In this document: one piece after another, positions 51,579 to 61,400 of the stretch | Layout: every line of letters begins with the position of its first letter | Position numbering within the stretch: the first letter of the stretch is position 1 | Source of the DNA: Dimorphilus gyrociliatus | Lineage: Eukaryota > Animalia > Annelida | DNA length: 64,000 nt | Reading direction: 5' to 3' | NCBI GenBank assembly: GCA_904063045.1 | Contig: CAJFCJ010000008.1 | Location: 186,001 to 250,000, forward strand | Made by a program: the position numbers and the translations under genes | The notes under the pieces: generated by a model | Databases searched by the model: none | The model's input: only the letters and a program-made list of their open reading frames with translations | Told to the model about the DNA's origin: nothing

Positions 51579-54500
51579 ATGTTTTCTATCTATATCTTAG
51601 TTTCTGTATTCATCTACTCAACTGCTTTTGAATTACAACGCAGCTTAAATAGCAGGTATCTAGGAAAAGAGCCCACTGGTTCAATACAAGTTAAACTTTT
51701 AGGAGGTAGCAAAACGTCCGGTAATATAATAATTCGGAGAGGAGCTCATTCTGCCTGGGGTGGCATATGTGATGATGGCTGGAGCAAGAATAACGGTGAC
51801 GTCATATGCAGAATGCTCGGTTTTGGAAAATGTATTGCCATAACTGTCAACAGCAAATTTGGCCATTTATCAAGTTACTCATAATTTTTTAATTGTATAC
51901 TAATATATTCTCTATTAACTCTTTTCTCAATAATATAACTATAGATAATAGAATTTGGTTAGACAACGTAAGATGTAACGGAAGTGAAGCATCGCTAGAG
52001 GATTGTCACCTATCTGCGTGGGGTTTGCATAATTGCGATCAAAAGGAAGTAGCCGGCGTTTATTGCGGACGTCAGAACGATTTTGCATTAAAGAAATCTG
52101 CTAAAACTTTTAAGGAATATGCTATTAGAATGAAAGGGGGACGAAATCCAACCGAGGGCCGCATTGAGGTCAATACTGGTTATTCTTGGGGTACAATCTG
52201 TGCCGATACGTGGACATTAATGGAAGCAATGGTTGCTTGCCGACAATTAGGTCTGAAATATGCCAGATCTCATACAACGGTATATATCAAGAGCTCATTA
52301 AACTATTTATCAAAATTAAACCTTAATTGTAATGAATTAGGTAAATTACAATCTCTCATCGAGCTATAATATTTCTCCTGTTTCAATAACTAGCAAGGTT
52401 CAAACTTCTTCGATTTAAAATAATATGGCTAAAGCTCTGAATTAGGCCTATCAAGAAGATTCATGACGCACCAGGGTCAAATTGATTTCTGCTTTCGGTT
52501 CCGCTTCAAAGTGCCAAAGGCAGTTAGGAAAGTAGCTACTATAATTTTGATATAGGCCCATCAAGCAGAAAAAGCGACCAGGGTCGTGCTTTGTTTTCTT
52601 TCCAGATTTTGTTTTCGTCCCTATAGTTTATCCTAATTTTGAGAGTATTTTCTTAATTTATCAGGTTAAATAAAGGAATTATGTAAGACGTCTGTTGCAT
52701 AAAGATATTAAGTCAATATGCCACTGAAAGTATGCAACTTAATTATATTATAAAGGACAACCTATATGGTACAGACAGTTGACCCAAATTTTTGACACCT
52801 GTAATTAAACATGGCTCTAGGAATAATAATTGAAATTGCTTAACAGGCACCTTACTTTGGGGGAAATAACGTCTCCAAGATAATATCAGGTCTACACTGC
52901 ACTGGGGAAGAATCAAACTTAGCTGAATGCCACCATGAAAACGTTGGTAAAGAAGTTAGTTGCAGGGACAGCAACTTAATTGCGGGAGTATTGTGTACGG
53001 AAAGTAGGTTCCACTTTCTCCAAATAGGTACCATAACTCTCAATATCTGCAATCGACAGGGTTACCTGATTTACAACCTAACGTAACCCTTCTAGAGGAG
53101 ACAATTTATTTGCAAGATAGACCCATGTTTCTAATGCAATGCGCTATGGAGGAAGGCTGTGCATCTTCGACAGCCTTTCACATTCAAAGAACTTATAGGG
53201 GTTTGCTCTTTAATTATTTTTAAGTAGCTCTAACATAAGAACAAAGATTAGCTATTGACAATATTGAAAATTTTCAAAGGCATGAATACAAGTTAATAGG
53301 AAACGGTAGTCGGAGAATTATTTCTATTTTCAGCCTATGGATTTCCAATATAGATTTAGACCTAATAAAACAGATTGGCAAATATACCGGAGGCGTTTAC
53401 TTCGTTTCTCCAGTGCAACCAAAAACGTCGGAACTGCGGATTTTCATCCTTTTCTGCATATGGACGATTGGGAGTGGCATTCGTGCCATATGCACTTTCA
53501 CAGTATGGAAGTGTTCGCTCACTATGATTTATTTGACAAAAATGGGAAGAGAGTTGCCGAGGGTCACAAAGCTAGCTTCTGCTTGGAGGACGTCCAATGC
53601 GATAGCGGAATAGCAAAACGTTATATCTGTCAGGGTTATTCACAACAAGGTTTGTTGTTTCTATTTCTTTATTCATAATTATCCTTCAATCTATCTTACT
53701 CGACGCCTAATGCATTAAGAATGATTTTTGGTTGACTCTGTCTCTCTCACTTCTCCTCTCCCTCTATCTGTCAGCAAGTTTTTAGTATAGACACAATTCT
53801 GGACTTTTAATTTGTAATCTTGTCTTTTCTCTCTTACTTTTACCGATATTTCCTCTTTTCTTCTAAATTAGCAATCACCGGTGCGTATCTATTTAAAAAA
53901 ATTCACTAGGGGGCTTTAACGCTTTTGTATATTTTTTTTTCGACTTTGCAGTTCTTCCCTTCAAGTAGAATTTCAGTTAAGAGGGAAATAAAACACTATA
54001 TAACATGGGATATCCTTCGTTTTTATTCCTATATTATTAAGTCTATTGAAAAGAATGCTATCAATACTTCGTTTTTTCTATTCCCGTTGATTAATTTTGT
54101 TATTATTTTGTAATTTATGCTATAGAAATTTAGGATATTGATAGTAACCAGAATTCACGAGATTTGTGAAAGTTTCTCCTAGACCTTAGGTGTTACTTCA
54201 TATTTCCTTACTTTTTATACATTCCGTCAATTACATCCGTACATTCGATAACCTTGAAGCTTGTATAATTAGCTGAGATTTTTAATCTAATTCCTTGCAC
54301 GAAAAACAAAAAGACGCGACTAAAATATGCTTGAAAACGTTATAGACACTTTTAACCCTTCCTCTCGTCTAATCAAGGCATGTTTTTAATTCCCGTTTCA
54401 CAAATTTTTTAAAGTATACCATATAATAAAATCTGTCAATTAAAAAAGCCAAAAATAGAATTTTACAATAGAACAAGTTCCTAAAGAAGATAAAAAAAAA

Positions 54501-55627
54501 TATAGCGTCTATTCTATCCGATATATCTTTCTTTATCAAAAAAGAAGTAAAAATAATTGAAACAGTAAATGAGAGTTATAGAAAAAAGGGTTTATCTTTT
54601 AGAAAAGTTTATAATATATAAAAGGAAATTTATAAAATGAACAGAAAGAGGAAGACAGAAAGAGAGAGAGACAGAGTGAGTGAGTGAGTGAGTGAGACAA
54701 TCACCAAACGAATTTTTATCTTGGAGAAGAAAATCCTATTTTAAGGCATTTTGGCAATAGATTGAGGAAAATTCCCTTATTCTGTGTGTATATATTTTGT
54801 ATTATTCTTTTAATGTTACTTCTCTAAATAGCTAGATCTTTCGATATAACATTCTAGAACGTTTAAATAAAAAGATTCTGTTCGTGACCGAGTACCTAAA
54901 CATTCTCTAAACTTATTTTTAGGTAAGAGGTTTCTAAGCAGACACATATAGAAATTTAAATAGAAACGTGTTATAAGAAGATGGTGAGAAAATGAATGGA
55001 TAAAAAGGATTCAACATTAGGTGGTATAGAGGGGAGGGTATAGGAAAACGTTTACTAGGGGTGTCAGGTTTGAAAAATTCATATATTCAGCGGAATGTCT
55101 TCAGCGCGAAATATTTCGCTTGTACTTTTATTTAAAGTCTAGACAAAAAAATTGTTAGTAAGAGAAACTGTGTTATTTCATCCACGTAGAGCATCTTTCA
55201 TGCAAGGTTAATTATAATACCAAAGGAAACATTTTAGAAAATAAAGCAGATACTTCTTCTTCTATAATAATAGACAAAAGATGTCTTGAACATTTGTACA
55301 AGGGCAGGAAACGTGTGTAATTTGTTTACTAATAAAGTATTTTGGGCGGAATATTAGGTATATTTTGGTTCTACTAGAGAGTTAAACTCTTCGTTTTCAC
55401 TTTTTCTAGGAATATCGGTTGGTTGTTCGGATATATACACCCACGAAATCGACTGCCAGTGGATCGACATGACCGAGGTGGAACCAGGCGATTATATCTT
55501 CCGCATGCAAGTCAACCCGGAACGGAAGATTGCTGAGTTAAGCTACGCAAACAATGCGGTTGTATGTAAAATGCGTTATGCTGGTGTTTCAGCTACCGTA
55601 ACCGACTGTAAATTGTGCTCTTTATAA
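51579..55627 (+). CDS. LOXL: Lysyl oxidase-like protein with two SRCR domains, about 473 aa
   Basis: Exons 51579-51873, 51945-52279, 52847-53003, 53060-53200, 53374-53649 and 55410-55627 (1422 nt). Has a signal peptide, two SRCR domains (WGGICDDGW; WGTICADTW), the copper site [13 protein letters not shown], the LTQ Lys in [10 protein letters not shown] and the LTQ Tyr in [14 protein letters not shown]. Confidence 0.93.
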
Positions 55628-56385
55628 GAATTTAAGACCGCATAACGTTTGAATGAAATGTTGACAAAATTAAAGACCTAATTTAACCCTTCCGCTTGTT
55701 TAATTAGCAAATAAACAGGAAAAAGCTGTTCACTGTCTAGTTTGGCGCTTATTTTGTTTTCTAATGAGCCTTTATAACTTTATAATTAAATACGAAAAGA
55801 ACAACTATATGCTATAATATCAAATATGCAGTATTTGAAATACAATAAGATAATAACAGCATGTGTAAGTATTTATCTCAATATAAATCTACTAATCGAG
55901 AGATTTTGCATATTATCAATACATGGCGATCAGAGTTTGTAATTTTTAATCTATTGCTATTTTAATAGCAATTTATTAAAACATTAAAGGAAAAAAGGGA
56001 GTGAATATATCAAAAGAAATATATATATATTTTTATAATCATTTTCCCAACGTCTAGACTTAAGATCTTTTGATTACAACTATAAAAAATTATCCGTACC
56101 GAAAATGACAATTAAGAGAAACTGGAAGCAAGAGTACAAATGCCGGGTGCAATTCTTATTGAATTTTGTCTGCTGTAGTAAATTAGTCTAGGCACTCGAA
56201 GCAGAATTCACTTTTTCTTGTTGGAACAAATGCAAAAAAGAAAAAACTCAATCATCTTCTTATGTTGAAATTTTGTCTATTATGGCTAAATAATGTTAAA
56301 AATCTTTCGTAATAAGATTTTTATATGTCTCAGTTAAGAAAGAATTTTCTCTAAGAACATTAGAAAAAGAAGTAACAAACTCGGC

Positions 56386-56397
56386 GATGACGTCATC
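56386..56397. promoter_or_regulatory. Palindromic CRE (GATGACGTCATC)
   Basis: 12-bp perfect palindrome containing TGACGTCA; a near-CRE TGACGTCG follows about 35 nt downstream. Confidence 0.4.
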
Positions 56398-56412
56398 TAA
56401 CAATATGACTTT

Positions 56413-56721
56413 TCATTTAGCTCTGACGTCGAGGACGGCTGAAAGAGCATAAGAAAATAGATTTTTTTTCTGGTGTACATATTGCTTAATTTTTTTCACT
56501 TGTACCGGAAAGTAGACAACCTGCCCATCTTCCTTCCCTTTCAGCAGTACTATCGTTGCATCAGTAACTAAACGAACAAAATATTCAGGGGCTTCTTTTT
56601 GCATATTTCTAACATCATAGATATAACTGATCATATTGTAAAATAACATCTAAAAACACATAATTCCTAAGCAATTAATACAATAACGTTCTAACTTGTC
56701 CGTTACCACTTCATCCATCAT
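56413..56721 (-). CDS. Possible small spliced ORF of unknown function (about 83 aa)
   Basis: MMDEV (56721-56707), a 57-nt GT-AG intron, then MLFYN..APEYFVRLV..DVRAK* (56649-56413). No recognisable homology. Confidence 0.22.
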
Positions 56722-58419
56722 TGTTCTTTCTAGTCACGACTTTGTAGTAAAAATACACAAGCAATCAATCGCCTATAGAAATATGTGTTTTCTGATTTTT
56801 CCCCCTATATTTTCTTTTCTTCTCATCCCACACCTATTCTTTTTCATGTCTCATTCGTTTCTTTTGTTTACCAACTCACCGACTTACTCATTCATACTTT
56901 CATTTTTGATTTTCATTGAAATTTATATATACATATAGTGTATATATACCCACCCTCCTAACTTCAAATATATAAGGCAAAATTTGTTTTCCTGGGGAAA
57001 TTAACCATCGGTTTTGGGACAGGTGAACTTTTCTATCGAAAATATGGAAAATATCCGCCTTTTATAAAAGGCCGTTTCCTGAATATGAGCTCTTGACGCC
57101 AGTTGCGAATGAAATTGACAAGATGAAGAAAATTTTTTGCTTAATGGTGAGGGCTTTCACTAGGAAAATGTTGTGACAAAGGCATTTCTCAGTATAATTA
57201 GTGATAGGAGGGCATTTATCTTTATAGAGGGATGTAAGGGAGTTTTATGTAAACTATATAATCAATCTGTTTACTTGCTAGCCATAACATGAATAATAAA
57301 CAGTTTGTTTACCTTTCACTTACACACTAATATGCTATACACAAGCTAACTATGTGAACATTTGGCGAATAAATGGCTATTTATACATACATAAATCATG
57401 TATTTTGTATTGTTTCAAAATATATAATTGTATGAAATTGATACAAAGAGAGCAATAATTTTAATTATATTGGTATCATCATAAAATTTAATTTATTGTA
57501 GATTTAAAAAGAGAATTCATTCTGCAATCTTTCCTTCAATTGGTCTACAATTAGTTCTCTTTTCCTAATAATTTATAAGATATTTAGACGGACGCCGAAA
57601 ATGAAAAAAAAAACATCGAAAAGGAAAATTACTCATCAGTTTTTGTTACTTAGGACTGATTATTAGAAAAAAACACAAACAACAATATATATTTAGTACT
57701 TGTATCTCTGGCTTTTCTCTTTTTTTTCACTCGCTCTTTCCTGTCCCTTTTCAATTTTCTCTCACACACTCTTTCTTTCTTAGTCACCCTTTGTCTTTGT
57801 CTTTAATTCTAAAGACAAATGAATTCACCTAGTTTGTTGCCCCCGCCTATTATTATTATTATGATCGTTAAATAGAAGATTTCTATTCATTCTTATCTAA
57901 CAATTCATAAGTAAAAATAGTTAAATTATAGAGAAAGAAATTTTAAATACATTGCGTAATTAAATGAATTAAATATACTGTCTAGATCTTCACAAATGTA
58001 ACAAAACATTAAGTCGATAAAACGTGAATATTTTACTAGATCTTTTTCCCGTAAAAAAATAAGCTCATTTGCATTATTTAATGCATTAATTAACTATAAA
58101 TGAGAATATGTGAGTATAGTTTATACAGATTAGATCTTAACATCTATTAATAGTTAATAAATTAAAATATAACAAGTGATATAAACTACGTATCTAACTT
58201 CGCAACCTAAGAGGATATTATTGATTCTAATAATTTCTTTTCACACTATATCAAGTATTAAACTTCATTTTTAATGTATAAAAGTTCTTTTAAATCTCTT
58301 TTGTTACTTGAATTGAATATTTTTAATAAATAGTGGGAAATCAGCGAAAGGTAAATAATACTAATAGCATTATTAATTATATAGGTAACAATGTACACAG
58401 TTAATACTTGTTGACTAAC

Positions 58420-58513
58420 CTTTTTCAAATATGTATCCATAACTAGCTCGAACGAGTCTAGTAGTCCAACGGCATAGGAGAGAGAACCTAGAACCGTCGC
58501 TTCGACAACACAT
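58420..58513 (-). CDS. KChIP candidate distal first coding exon G (MCCRSDGSRFSLLCRWTTRLVRASYGYIFEK)
   Basis: Acceptor (ttactag at 58520) 6 nt before the ATG; 31 open codons + G; strong donor AAG|GTTAGT in phase 1; N-terminal di-Cys. Assignment to KChIP is inferred from strand and phase only. Confidence 0.4.
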
Positions 58514-61325
58514 TTTTAACTAGTAAATACTATGTAATCACTTCTTCACTCTTAGTATAAATCTTCGCAATTTTTTAACATACTCCCGACAAATTCCCTT
58601 TATTTCGCCAAATTAGTTATCGATGTATTAATGTTTCATCTCACGAACAGCATGCTTTTAAAATTCAAATATATCCCATAGTTCTCCGTAGACTCACTAT
58701 TAAATCATTCAGCGTGTTCATAAAACTATTCACGTCCGTTTTTTTTTTCAACGAAAAACTTAAATGCCCTACTACTTTAAACACCTGCTGCAAATAGGCC
58801 TAAGGTGGGTGACAAACTGCCGGTTGACAAATATATTTTACCGATAGACGGAGCTAGTTAGCAACTAAAAACATCTGCAGCCAAGAAGAACTTAACAATT
58901 AAACGGTTAGTTGAGTAAGATTTTCCCTTCTTAAAGTGTTTTTAATAGGCTGATGACTAGTAAAAAGTAACAATGGTTTAGTTATCCAGAAGAGATAAAC
59001 AATACAGACTATGCTGGCATAATCAATAGCCAATACAACAGATGCCAACCTTTGCACACCTTTCGTAACCGTCAATTGTTAAACTTTAAAGTAAAACTGT
59101 TTTCCTCACTCCAGTTTTTTTATCCATATTTTTTTTGTTCGCTTTTTGCTCTAAACATTAACAGATATATCTTAAATTTGTTTAAATATCTAAGTTTATG
59201 TATATAAGTGTGTGTATATACATATGTACAAAATGTATATATTGCACATATTATATATTCTCTCTAATTTCCTTCCATTTTCACAACATGGACTCCATCT
59301 TCGTTGTTTTTACCTTTTTTTACCTTTGCGCTTACCTATTCATTTTATTCATAAATGTCGTTTAACAAAGAAAACAAGGAGAAACCTTTAAAAAGGGAAA
59401 GAGGCGAAAGGTGAAGTAGTGGGCGTTTTTCTGTTAAGGTTTATATCGGGGTTAATCCCTATGAATAGCCAGGGTAATACCAAATGCTTTAGACGTTTAA
59501 TCACAACTTAGGTCAAGCTGTCAAAGTGACCGTTGAAATGGTTTTTTTTTTATATTCTCTATATATAAAAAAAGATATCGGTAGAGAATAAAATACGGAT
59601 TATTTATCTCACTAGTTTTACTGTCCAGGGACGACGAAAAATTTCAATAAAAGACAAATAAAATGGTATTAAAAGTAATGAGAACAATCGAAAGTGATAC
59701 CACGTTTTGAATGGTAGTTTTCATAATTTGATAACGATTTAATGGAAGCGGATAAAATATATAATAGCAAGCTCTAAGCTTTACGACGTTTAATTAAAAG
59801 TTATATGGTATTCTCTTTATTATTTTTCTCGGTTGGATTCAGATCTGATAATTTTGTTGTTTGCAATCATATTTAAATAAAAAATTCACATTAGAAAGAA
59901 AAACGCCCGAAAGTGACGCCATCTCAATGCTTATAGTCTTTGACATAATTTAAACAGAAAAATAGCATTTTATTATTGAATTAATTACTTGTTAATGAAA
60001 AAATGTTATATAAGATAGAAAAAATGCTGTTATAATCTTTTAGTTATCAATAATTTATGTAAAAATACAATAATTAGACCAATTATTAATATAATGGAAT
60101 TCAGTAGTAAACATCGAAGGTATCGAAATATTGAAATTAGTCACCTTAGACTTTTTGAAATATTTATCTATTAAAAATAGAACAAGAGAAAAGGTTGTTT
60201 TTCTCCTCTTATCACTGTTTAATAAATTTTATAGTATATTAATAAATATGTAGATATGAAAACATTTAAATGTCGTATTATTGTTTTCTATGTCTGTCTG
60301 TTTCTCTCTCTCTCTCTTTCTCTCTTTTCGTTCATATCTATCTTCCTTGTCAGTGGAAAATATCCTATAATTCTTTTTTCTACTATTCTTTTGACTATTA
60401 ATTATCTTTCGTAAAAAAGTTACATTCTGAAAACGGAAATTTTGCATATGAAACCTGAATATAATTGCCATCTGAGATATTATGGCTTCTAATGAAAATC
60501 GTTAATATAAGTAGCCATTTGATACACTGGTTTAGGCCTTAGTTAACCAAACTTGATTCAGATTCTTTCGATATGGATTTCTGCATAACTGATATTCATT
60601 TTACAAAAAGTTATACTCATATTTACATCTCGATTCTTATAATCTATTCATGCTCTGATATTTAAATGTACACTTTTTATGCATCTTTATGTCCTTATTG
60701 ATATTAATATATTCATTAATGCATCATATTACTTACATACTGTATTAACGTTTACATACACATTTCTTGTTTTCAATTTTTCATTTGGAAAATTAACAAC
60801 TAATAACTCTATCTGCAGGATTAAAAGTTTGGCAAACCTATCGAGTCGCCGCCTACCGGATTAAAAACTATACCCTCTAAGCAATAAAATATGTCCTTGC
60901 ACAACGTAATAGTTCAATGAAAAAACGTCTAAATTTTTCTCTTATTTTCCGCTAGGGCGTCTAACTATGCGCTCTTTTCCTTGTATTTGATGCTCGTCGA
61001 CCTTCCCTTTCCTCAATATGGTACTTAACTGCCACATCCATTACTATATATGAGTACTTTGTTATTTATTCAACCTCCTCTCACTAAAGGACAAATTTTG
61101 CGTTATACCGTCTTATTCTTTGAGGGTGTAAATTTACATTTGTATATATATATATGACTTATTTATTATTTATATATAAATAAAGAAAAGATAAATATTA
61201 CCCGCGAAAAACTTATATTGTACGATATATTGGTATAGAATGAATCCTTTTTTTGCTCTGGTTTCTAACCGCGATTCTCGATTTTAAATCGATCTGACGT
61301 TTTGGACAAGAAAATAAAGACTTAC

Positions 61326-61400
61326 GTACAAATCCCACTTAAACTAATGGAATAGCAAAGGTACTCACCTGAAAAAGAAAAGAATTTGATTAGTTAAGCA
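61326..61400 (-). other. Recursive-splice-like site (polypyrimidine-CAG|GTGAGT) with a downstream second donor
   Basis: The minus strand reads ttaactaatcaaattcttttctttttCAG|GTGAGTAC with the junction at 61369/61368, then C|GTAAGT at 61325. Confidence 0.4.

Noticed and set aside
5274-55627. A co-functional 'cardiac' cluster (natriuretic-type receptor, NK4, KChIP, LOXL)
   Set aside because: The theme comes from vertebrate gene functions; nothing in the sequence shows co-expression.
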